Shown piece by piece: positions 32,101-42,157 of a DNA stretch of 64,000 bases. The translations under genes were made by a program, and so were the position numbers. The DNA lies in the NCBI GenBank assembly GCA_946965045.2, contig OX337233.1, positions 3,162,001 to 3,226,000 of the forward strand, written 5' to 3'. The DNA comes from Epithemia pelagica (lineage: Eukaryota > Protista > Bacillariophyta). The stretch's first letter is position 1, and each line of letters begins with the position of its first letter. Under the pieces are notes generated by a model, which was not told the DNA's origin, ran no database searches, and saw only the letters and a program-made list of their open reading frames with translations.

Positions 32101-35100
32101 TCGCTTTGTTTGGAAGCACATTGACAGCATCAAAGACGGACGAGTTGTCCTCTTGGTAAGTTCGAAGCAAAGCATTCACTTTCTCTGGATAGACCTATTT
32201 GTATCGCTCACTCACGGTGTTCCCTGAATAATTTTTTCAGACAACACATGCAATGGAAGAGGCTGATCTCTTGGCTGACACGGTTGTCATTATGCGCAAG
32301 GGCCAAGTCGCAGCTTGTGGATCCCCACTGCAGCTCAAGACTGAACACGGGTCGTCTCTCCAGTTTTCGCTCTTGGTTGACCAGGAAGATATCGATCGCA
32401 CCATCGAGCTTATTCGCGAACGATTTGCTGGAGTGGAAGAGTGGGTAGACATTCAACCTAGTGGCACTGGAAATGTGACAGTCGCAATCTCCAAGATTCA
32501 AGGGGAAGCCGCCAGCTCCAGGAGTGTGGCGTCTCCCGGAGGAGTCGATGTCGAACGACGCGCTGATTTTGCGTCCTTTTTGGAAAGTGGTGCATCGGGT
32601 GTACGGGAATATGGTTTTTCAAACAGTTCCCTTGAAGAAGTCTTTCTCAAAGTCACGGAAGGTGACGAAGAAGAGTCTCAAGAGACGGATGACGAGCAAA
32701 AAGAAGACTCTGTTGACTTGAAGGCATCAGATACAGAAACAGGAGAGAAGGAAGATGATGCCCTTTCCCTCGTTATTGACGATAATGCGACAGGTGGAAT
32801 TGGATCCTTCGAATCCAAGTTGACCGTGAAGGGTCAGCTTGTAGCTCTCCTCAAGTTCATGGTCATTCGCGATTGGACAGGACGAAGTTCCATCGCTAAC
32901 TGGATCACACATTGTGTACTTTTATGTCTCTCTGTTTTCCTTGCAATCAAAGCAGCAGAGAATACAGAAGCAAGTGCTATTCTTGTGTTGGTTGTGTTCA
33001 CATTGACAGTTACTTTGCTGACAGTGGGAACGCCAATTTACTACGAACGATTCTCCGGTCTTTTCTACTTGACCCGATCCCAGGGACTGCTGAAACCGGC
33101 CTACGTTTCATCCCAAGTCATTTACAGCTACGTTTTGTCCTTCGTTTTCACGTTTGTCGTGTTAAGTCTCGTCTATGCCACATCACTCTTCCGAGACCCT
33201 GAACTCTGTGAAGCCAACTATGAACAACCTTCATCACGATGTAACTGGTCGTACGGTGATCGTCGACAGATCAATTGGCCATCTTCGATCTACTGGTGGA
33301 ATCCTCCTGAATATGAGGGGGAGTATGTAAGACTTTATGCCCGTCGTACTCCTGGTCATTACGGTCTGATTCTGGGCATTATTGCAATTTTTCCATTGAC
33401 CATGCCAGGAAGCTTGTTTTCCAGTACTCATTTCCCTGGATTCAAACTTGCAGTTACAGTGCTGACAGTTCTCGTTTTGGGCATTAGCATTTTGCCGCTG
33501 ATACTATACGATGCTTTCAATGGAAAGGGTGTAGATGAAGAGCAGGAGTGTTTCTGGGATATTTGCAATACAACGTATTACGGCAACGAAACGACCTTGG
33601 ACGGGGAAGAATTTCTGAATTGCATCGGTCTTTGGGTGAATGATGGTCAGTCAGGCGCTTTGTGCATTCCCAAAGCGGCTGGCATTGCACCACAAATTGG
33701 CTTGTTTCAGACACTCTACATGACTTTAATGTCTGACATCACCTTCCATTCGACGCCACCTGAATACGTGGAAGAAAAATTGATCCCAATGTTATCTGGA
33801 GATTACGACTGCAACGGTTCCACCTGTCAGTTCCCGTATGCACGCGAGCAATACAGTGGGTTCATTGGCTATATGGTTCTTGGGGCTGTCCTTTTGACTG
33901 GTTTCGGATTCATGTTGCTATCCGTTCTCTCTTACCCAGGTAAGCGAGTTCAGCAGTTGAAGGCATCCGTGAGCAATTGGTTTGGGAACATGTTGCATCC
34001 TTGTCGACGCAATCGTTCCTCCACCACCACAAGCCCCGATGACACGGACAAAACCGAGAATGTATCAAAGGAGGTACTGGAGGAGACAAAGGCGGTTGAG
34101 GACTTGGTTGGTTCCTTTGTTCTTTCCGAGAATGATGGAACGCAGAATGTGGTGGCCAAGATTGCTGATTATGAAGCCATTCCCCGTGACGACATACCCC
34201 CGGTCGTCTCGTACAAACTGCGTAAAGAATATCGTCTACCCGGTGGTTTTGCCACCAAGTTGGCATTGGAGTCACTCGACTTGCATGTATCCAAAGGCCA
34301 GGTGCTTGGTTTGCTCGGAAAGAACGGCGCCGGTAAGAGTACGGCTCTCAAGATTTTCTCGGGTGGCCACGAAGCGTCTGCGGGTGTTGCCTTGGTCGCC
34401 GGTTATGACATTGGCATGGAACAGATTCAAGCCTTTGAACGATTGGGAAATTGTGCACAATTTGATGTCATTTGGCCTTGGGAAACCATCCAGTCCCATT
34501 TGGAATTTTTCGGTGGACTCAAAGGATTGCCCAAGGACCGTCTGGCCGATATTGCTCGTGCCGTTGCCTCTTCCGTGGGTCTTGGGGCCCCGGAAGTTTA
34601 CACTCGACGTGCGGGAGCTCTTTCGGGTGGTATGCGCAGACGTTTGTCGATTGCGATTTCCTTGATTGGTGCTCCGCGTGTTCTTCTCCTGGACGAGCCC
34701 AGTAAGTGTCATTTCGCTCATGATGTATCGTGTGTATTGTGGTATCTCTGTTGTACTCATGGCCTTTTCCCTTGTGAACAAATTGCAGCCACTGGATTGG
34801 ATCCGTCGACTCGAAACAACATCTGGAACCTCATTGGGTCATTCGCCACGGAAGAACGCGCCAGCATTATCAGTAAGTCTCATCCACTACTGGTATATTC
34901 ACGTCTCCCAATCTTTCTCGTGTGGTTCACGGCTCTCACGGACGGCTCGTTCCATGCCTCTTCTCTTCTTGTTTTTTTTTTTCGACAGCCACACACATGA
35001 TGTTGGAAGCCGATTCCTTGTGCAACCGAATTGCTATCATGGCCCAGGGGAACTTGAAAACCATTGGGAGTCAGCAGTGGCTCAAGGACACGTACGGTTC

Positions 35101-35383
35101 GGGGTATTTGTTGCAACTCAACTTGATTCGAAGTGACGAAGATACACAGAATCAGGCATTGGAGTTTGTCCGCACTCACTTGCACCCCGATGCGGTCATT
35201 TTGTCCCGTCAAGCCAAGACACTCCAAGTGGCCTTGCCCAAGAATGGTGGTGGAAGCGATGTGAGTCTGTCGGATGTCTTTCGTGTCCTTTACAGCGAAA
35301 AACGATACGAAGAGGGTCAAATCAATCAATTCTTGTTTGCGCAGTCCTCGTTGGAAGATGTCTTTGTGGCTCTCGGAGAATGA
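29157..35383 (+). pseudogene. Full-size ABCA-family transporter copy 1 (11 exons), apparent frameshift at ~30239
   Basis: TMD-NBD-TMD-NBD; GHNGAGKTT, YSGGMKRRL, LDEPTTG, GKNGAGKST, LSGGMRRRL, SLEDVF. Introns 29418-29534, 29758-29903, 30360-30482, 30684-30773, 31218-31350, 31547-31622, 31961-32035, 32156-32240, 34702-34788, 34873-34988. Exon 3 changes frame relative to copy 2. Confidence 0.75.
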
Positions 35384-35909
35384 GAGCGGGCTTTGTCCAT
35401 GTGTGTGTGTATGCGTGCTTGAGAGTCATGGGAAGTAGATACGAATGAGTAATGGTAATTCTATTATTATGTGGATGACATGCAATTCTACATAGAAATG
35501 ACATCCAGGACACGCAGCCCAGTCGGCAAATCGAAATACCGACGACGTGCGTTGCTGCAATAGTTGCTTCTTGCGCGAGACAGGGGTTGGAGCAATGCAG
35601 AATCAAGATTACCATTTGAATGTATGTCGCTTTGTGACTTCTTGCGCTTCGTCTTTTAGTAGACTATCTATCAATATCTATTGCGTTGTGATCCGATAGT
35701 GTTGAATGGAAACGATCATTGAATCATCATTTCAGGAGACGGAAGACAAAAAACAACCTGCGGTGATCCAGGTTTGGTGGTGTAACGCCTGATTCAGCTG
35801 AGCTAGTAAGGACCTCCGGCGTCAGCCTTGGCGTTTATTTCTTATCATGTCGGTCCTGTCGGTTGTTCGTTTCCAAAACTCTCATTCTGATATAGCTCCA
35901 GGCTGTTTC

Positions 35910-37718
35910 TTAGCGGGAGTGTGCCCAGGCCCCCGCTAGAGGCATGTCACGATCTTTGAGCTCTATGTCAAAATTAGGCATGTTAGGATTGGGTTCCAAT
36001 TCTCCTTTCTCAACCTTTTCGCAGAATGACTCCCATGACGACGCGTTCGATTCATCGGTGGGTTGGAAAAGCCGCATGACCTGCCCTAGCGAGAACCAGT
36101 CGTGACTCGTTTCCGGCTGTATCAGTGATGACTCGTCACCATTTTCTTCGATACGATGGATCATGTTGTCAACGTCTGGATGTCTCGTTCCATCTTGAGA
36201 TATCGCATTGAATGTTGAAGGATACCGTTCAGCCCGAACAAAATCAAAGTCGATGATACTCCCACAACTTAGCAGATTCGCAAGGCGAATATCCCCATGG
36301 GGTCCGAAATTATCATGAAGACGTCGTAGTTTTCGAATGATTTCCTGAAAAACCTCAGTACTCACATCGTTCTTCCAGTCACTTGAAATCCACTTCATTT
36401 TAACAATCTCCAGTTGATTGTCGTTGGAAATCAAGAGCTCGGCATTCTCATCAAGTAGCATCCGAACCACATCGATATTCGGCTTTCGATGTTGGGCCAT
36501 GTCGTCGTCATAGACCTTGTAAACAAACTCGTCAATCTTACCAACCACCGGGCCCAGGCGGCTGCCATAGTGTTCCAGTCTCGAAGGAAAGCTTTCTTGT
36601 GCCGCTACAAGACCGCGCGCCACCATCACAATCGCTTCCGCACCGCGGCCCACGTAGAGAGGCGACGTTTCCCACACATGTGATTGTTTGGTGAATTCCG
36701 CCGGGACGAGACCATATGCCGACACGGTCCAATGTTCCAGATCGTTGGCCCCGGCAATGTCAATGACAATGCATGGTTTCTGGTGGAGAATGAGAATGTT
36801 GCTCCCGACCATGTCCGCTCGGGCTTTCCGTTCCGTCTCTGGGATACCGCTGGGCTTGTATTGACATGCCGCCAAGACACACGCCCCAAGTGTTTTTTCT
36901 GGATGGACAAACCATGCGCACATGTCGATTTGTTGATCCAGAGATTTCGTATCTTCCACTGGTTTCGATTTAAATTTTTCGGTTTCCCTCTTTCTCTTGC
37001 GAATGATTTCAAACTCTTGAGGAGCACTGTCTGGACGTTCCATGTTGGTCACAAGATGCAGCTGATGCGTGACTCTCAAGCGCATCGGGTCCGTGGTATC
37101 CCGGTCGTGCTGCAGCAAGTCGATGGCCAGTCGAAACAGCTCCGACCCTACCGCTGACTGCGAGGCTTCGTCATCATCCGGGTATGAATTGTGGAACAAG
37201 GAGTGTTTCTTTGTGGAGCCGACCGCCAGGACTTTTTCCAGCTTGGCCACTTGGTCGACGACGCGGTCCTTTTGTTCCAACGGTTCAAACTCTCGAGCGG
37301 CCAGGACAAAGTCCAGATAACACTTGTGGGCAATAAATCCGCCCCGACAGGGATCCTCCGCCACCTGCTTGTTTCGAAATTCGGCACGGAGCGTGGGATC
37401 CTTGGCCACTTCGGAGACACTCTGGACCAAATAGTGCTGTTGGTTCGATTTTTTTTGCGGAGGAGCGATTACCAAAAGAGGGTTGGGGCCCGTTGTATCC
37501 GTCGGGATGGGATCGTACGGCTCGAGTTGTTCGTGGGCTGTGTCATTTGCCGCAAACACCTGGAGCTGTGGAGCATCCATGTTCTTGAGCATGTTCGAGG
37601 AACTGTTCTTGATGGCCTCTTTCAGATCATCCACACAAGCATTATCTTGCAGGTCTGCTTTGCTGACGACCGTCGATTCACCAGCGGTAAGCTTGTACCA
37701 GACACGTACTTTCGACAT
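35910..37718 (-). CDS. Crinkler-like protein 1: ubiquitin-like header + REase-like domain + kinase-like domain
   Basis: Header VRVWYKL...ACVDDLKEAIK...DAPQLQVF...PLLVIAP; QIDM...ACQYKP (PD-(D/E)xK-like, QxK); VYKVY, HGDIRLAN, IIDFDF, RHPD, HDWFSL; basic patch RKRKR. Confidence 0.75.
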   Translation of the reverse strand: MSKVRVWYKLTAGESTVVSKADLQDNACVDDLKEAIKNSSSNMLKNMDAPQLQVFAANDTAHEQLEPYDPIPTDTTGPNPLLVIAPPQKKSNQQHYLVQSVSEVAKDPTLRAEFRNKQVAEDPCRGGFIAHKCYLDFVLAAREFEPLEQKDRVVDQVAKLEKVLAVGSTKKHSLFHNSYPDDDEASQSAVGSELFRLAIDLLQHDRDTTDPMRLRVTHQLHLVTNMERPDSAPQEFEIIRKRKRETEKFKSKPVEDTKSLDQQIDMCAWFVHPEKTLGACVLAACQYKPSGIPETERKARADMVGSNILILHQKPCIVIDIAGANDLEHWTVSAYGLVPAEFTKQSHVWETSPLYVGRGAEAIVMVARGLVAAQESFPSRLEHYGSRLGPVVGKIDEFVYKVYDDDMAQHRKPNIDVVRMLLDENAELLISNDNQLEIVKMKWISSDWKNDVSTEVFQEIIRKLRRLHDNFGPHGDIRLANLLSCGSIIDFDFVRAERYPSTFNAISQDGTRHPDVDNMIHRIEENGDESSLIQPETSHDWFSLGQVMRLFQPTDESNASSWESFCEKVEKGELEPNPNMPNFDIELKDRDMPLAGAWAHSR

Positions 37719-37913
37719 GGTGCTTGGATCTCATGGGACGAAGAACAAGGGAATGGAATTCCCTTGCTCTTTGGGGTTTTCTTGAAGAGGATGCTGAGGA
37801 GTATTCCCCAGAGAGTGAGGGGTGAGTCCAGGTCGCCGTTGGGTGAGGATCTTCGATTTACGCTGGAAAGGCGGCCGCGGAAGGAGTAAGGTACTCTCTA
37901 AGATGACTCTAGG
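37444..37913. repeat. ~470-bp duplicated block (Crinkler header coding + 195 bp upstream), copy A
   Basis: Highly similar to 39391-39860; similarity ends abruptly after the VIAP(P)QKKS codons and after GATGACTCTAGG. Confidence 0.95.
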
Positions 37914-38264
37914 AACCACTCCCCTTCTACCATCGCAGTTTTTGAAGAGCATACCAACCGCAAAAGTAATCGAAAAGAGAAAGCGAGTAAGTCTCCTGTT
38001 CATGATTGCTCAAAGAAACCACAAAAGTGATTGAACACGCAACTATACGGTTGGCCGTTACGACGAAGTATCTGATCGTTATGAAAAGGTGAGGAGACGA
38101 AGCAATGTTGGCGATGAGTTGAGGAATCAGGGAACAGGGAGAATTTTCTTTGAGGAAAAGCAGAAACAAAATGGAATGGGTTAGCCAATAGGTCGGCCGA
38201 GAACCGAGAAAGCGTATTGCTTTCAGTTTTTGATCGGGTTGTTGTGAACATAGACAGGGCTTGT

Positions 38265-39665
38265 TTACCCTACCAACCTCCATGACTGCAGGGCATTTTG
38301 ATAATTCCAAAGGAGACATTTCTCCAAAATCTCAGCAGCTTCCACTTCGTACAAGTTAGCAGAATTTGACCAGCATTCACTAAGGTCGTCGACACCAGGA
38401 ATGGCTGTCACAAGGATAGTGTCCCCGTCCTCAGACTCCTCCGTAACGAGAGTATTTTTGTTATTCTTGGGATAGAATATTTGAACATCAGCCCCCGATA
38501 TCGTCCACCGATCGTTTGGGTATTTGTAGAGAGCCGCGCCTTTTTCAAGCTTGTTTAAAATAGCCTCTGCAATTTCATTCCTGTTAAATACCAACTCCAA
38601 TGGGATAATGTAGTAATGGCATTCGTCAATGATACAGGTGGAAAATTCAGTGTTGGCATTTCGCAAAGGCCTAATCGCAAAGGACTGCACTGTTTTCCGT
38701 CGCTTTCCTCTTCCCCGTCCAGTTCCATCAAAGTTCAGATGGACATCTCTACTCAACGCAAGGCGGTTGAAGTCGGGTGTATCAAGCCATTCATACACTC
38801 CGTGACATTTGGCACTGGGGAAGATGTGAGCTGATTCCGCCTCAGCCAACGTGAAAGAAGCACTGTTCTCAATCCGTTGAAATCGAAAAGTGGTGTCTTT
38901 TATTGATAGAAGGGTGACATCCATTGTGAAGTCGCTTGATCGAGTATCCAATATCATGTCTACAAGAGGCGAACCCGGTTCCGCTTCTCCATTTTGTGGT
39001 TCGGAGTGAGTCTTTAGAACCATGTTTTCGACTGTCACTGGAAAGGGGTCAATTTCTGATAAGGTCAAGTCCCGCACGATGTTCTGTTGGTCGTCCACCA
39101 GCTGTAAATCCCCGTTGTTGCGAAGAATATAAGCCTTCAAGTTGTCCACAAAATAGCCAGCCCGTAAAACCTTGCTAAACACCACAGAAAACTTAATGAT
39201 CGAACGATTGAACGGGTCACTATCACTCGCCTCTGTGACAAAAGCCGTATTTGCATCTAGATCTGGTGGATATAATCCTTTAAGAGAAGACGCCAATTTG
39301 AACAGCTCGTAACGGGCACCAGCGTGGGTTTTTGGTCGAGATATTGCCCCGGAGACCTTGCACCAGCGACTTGGTTGTTGCGAAAGCGGTTTCGATTTTT
39401 TTTGCGGAGCGATTACCAAAAGAGGGTTGGGGCCCGTTGTATCCGTCGGGATGGGATCGTACGGCTCGAGTTGTTCGTGGGTGGTGCCGCCTGCCGCAAA
39501 CACCTGGAGCTGTGCAGCATCAATCTTCTTGAGCATGTTCGAGGAACTGTTCTTGATGGCCTGTTTCAGATCATCCACACAAGCATCCTCTGGCAGGTCT
39601 GCTTTGCTTGACACCGTCGATTCACCAGCGGTAAGCTTGTACCAGACACGTATTACTTTGGACAT
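38265..39665 (-). CDS. Crinkler-like protein 2: ubiquitin-like header + intermediate domain + HNH-like nuclease
   Basis: Same header as protein 1; FQRIE...ESAHIFP...FNRLALSRDVHLNFDG matches the HNH_2-type pattern AHI.P...N.l.L...H..FD; basic patch GRGKRRK. Confidence 0.75.
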   Translation of the reverse strand: MSKVIRVWYKLTAGESTVSSKADLPEDACVDDLKQAIKNSSSNMLKKIDAAQLQVFAAGGTTHEQLEPYDPIPTDTTGPNPLLVIAPQKKSKPLSQQPSRWCKVSGAISRPKTHAGARYELFKLASSLKGLYPPDLDANTAFVTEASDSDPFNRSIIKFSVVFSKVLRAGYFVDNLKAYILRNNGDLQLVDDQQNIVRDLTLSEIDPFPVTVENMVLKTHSEPQNGEAEPGSPLVDMILDTRSSDFTMDVTLLSIKDTTFRFQRIENSASFTLAEAESAHIFPSAKCHGVYEWLDTPDFNRLALSRDVHLNFDGTGRGRGKRRKTVQSFAIRPLRNANTEFSTCIIDECHYYIIPLELVFNRNEIAEAILNKLEKGAALYKYPNDRWTISGADVQIFYPKNNKNTLVTEESEDGDTILVTAIPGVDDLSECWSNSANLYEVEAAEILEKCLLWNYQNALQSWRLVG

Positions 39666-39860
39666 GGTGCTTGGATCTCATGGGACGAAGAACAAGGGAA
39701 TGGAATTCCCTTGCTCTTTGGGAGTTTCTTGAAGAGGATGCTGAGGAGTATTCCCCAGAGAGTGAGGGGTGAGTCCAGGTCGCCGTTGGGTGAGGATCTT
39801 CGATCTGCGCTGGAAAGGCGGCCGCGGAAGGAGTAAGGTACTCTCTAAGATGACTCTAGG
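39391..39860. repeat. ~470-bp duplicated block, copy B
   Basis: See 37444-37913. Confidence 0.95.
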
Positions 39861-40025
39861 CAGTAAACAAAGACCGTGAGACTCCCAAGCAGGAGGGAGT
39901 CGCACATGAGTCGAACTCGCGATGGGTCATTCTCTGTCTTTCATTTCGCATATGTTGGCGTTTCTTGGTCATGGCTTCCTTCGTTCCCCATCCTTTTGTC
40001 GTCGTCCTCCTCCTCTTCTTGGACC

Positions 40026-41964
40026 ATGATAGGGGGACGGTTTCCTCCTCGTCGAGGCCGAAAGTCCTTGAACAGCAATGCTACATCTTCTTCTTCTTCT
40101 TCTTGTTGGAGTACTATTACTACGAGACGACTGTCATCAACTCAAGTGTTGTTGGTCCTGGTGTTGATTCCAGCCCTTCTCTTGACGGTTGTTTCGGTGC
40201 ACCTCCTGGAGGATCCCCCGAATGTCAATCCTCCAATCCAACCAACCACCCCATCACCACACTCCTCGTCGTCATCATCATCATCGTCGTCGTGTGTGTC
40301 CGAGCCTGTGGTGATTTCCAATCATACGATTCGGTTGCACGAACGACCCTGCCAACCCATTACGGTGGCCTATGCCATTTCTCTCATCAAGGTACGTACG
40401 TTCGTACGTATATATAGGTTTGGGTTGGAACGGTCGATGGATGCGGCCGTGTGTGGCACTCTCTCTCATGGGATCTCTCCCCCTCTCCGTTTGCTCCACA
40501 TGTGCATTTCTTGTGGTTGGTTGTTCTTGGTTTGTAATGGGCCTCGTTTGGTTTACACTTATGCTGTGTGCGTGTTTGGTTGGAACAATGGCTTTGTCCG
40601 TTTTGGTTGTGTTCCTTTTGTTGGTTGAATGGTTGGTTGAAATGGTTGTGGATTCTATTATATTATTATTCTAGTGCGGCGACTTTCAATCGACTCCGGA
40701 AGGCTTGGTGGATGCGGCCTTGGTGATGCGACATTCGATTCATCAGACCAGTTCCCGGGTGGGAGCTTCCCTGTACGATTATAAAATATATGCCTTGATT
40801 CATCCCGATGCCGTGCCTTGCAGTTCCGTCTTGAAAGATGCCGGCTTTGAACTGATTGTGAAACCACGACCGGTCGAAGTCTCGGAGATTCGGGGCAGTG
40901 ACTTGCGACGGACCATTCACAAGGAATGGTGTTGTGGACACGATGAATTCATCAAACTCTATGCCTACAATAGCATCCCGGAACCCATTGTCATTCATGT
41001 GGATATTGACTTTATCTTTCACCAACCCATGGATCATGTCTTGGATGCCTTGTTGTATCACAAGGATTCCCCCATTGGTCAAGCGGCTCGTCGCCGCATG
41101 GAACGGGAACGACCCACGGATCCTTGGCCGGACGAACCCCAAGCCGTCCTGACGCGCGATTGGCCGCAAGTGTATCCGGGTCGGATTCCAGGATACCAAG
41201 CGGGCTTTATTGCTTTGCGGCCCAATCCACGCGTCTTTGACGAATTGGTGGAGATTATCAAAGAGGGTCAGTATTCCGAAGGCAATCATCGGGAAAATGG
41301 CTGGGGCGACAAGGGCTATGGGGGTTATGTGGGCGCCCGTGCCATGCAAGGCTTGATTGCCTACTATTACGATCAATGGGCTCCCGATACCTGGGTCGAA
41401 TTGAATCAATGTCGGTACAATCACATGGGCGTGGTCGTCACCTTTAGTCCCGGCACGTTTGGCTTTCGGGCCGGACACCCCCGGGCCGGCAAGTGCCGCA
41501 ATGGCAGAGACGTGTGTGAAGATTGCCCAACGACCAATGTGTCGTCCATTTACAATATTCATTATACGCAATGCAAAAAACCGTGGAATTGCATTGGCAC
41601 GGGCGATTCCACCTTGGGCGCCGTGAGTCGTCAAAAGGTTCCCAAACATGTGCGCAACAAACTCATTCCCGAAGGCTTGGTCCATTTACATCATTGTTTG
41701 GAATTGATGCAGGTTTGGCATTCGATTCGAACCGATTTGGAAGTCCAACTCCACCACGAGTGGATCGGCCGTCACCACGACACGAACCAAACGAATGGAA
41801 CGCACGAACTTGCCCAAGGACAACGGGGAACCTACAAGACCAACGTCTTTCAAGGACATTGTGCCAGCAATGGTGATTATTTAACCCTGGCCAATGGCCA
41901 TGCACCTACCTTGAAGCTCATTGCCGAACTTTACAAACCAAAGGAACAGAAAAATGGTCTGTAA
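40026..41964 (+). CDS. GT8-like family A, copy 2; exons 40026-40391, 40675-41964
   Basis: TM anchor; same motifs and same intron position as copy 1 (intron 40392-40674). Confidence 0.8.
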
Positions 41965-42157
41965 TACTAGAATCCACTCGAACCACGCCGGTGGATGCGT
42001 TGCTTGGGCCGCCGTGTGGGAGGAACCGTTGGAAAAAAGTATCCAATTCTACACTCTACACGAGTTTCGAAACAATCACATGAATCTATATCGGATACGA
42101 TTCACCTTGTTCTAACACATGTATACTATTCGTCACGGGGGGTTCTTTCTCACGTTT

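Noticed and set aside
37860-37913. Helitron 3' end (CTAG plus GC palindrome) at the Crinkler block boundary
   Set aside because: CTAG is followed by G rather than T in both copies, the hairpin is weak and distant, and no TIR or TSD was found around the Crinkler genes.
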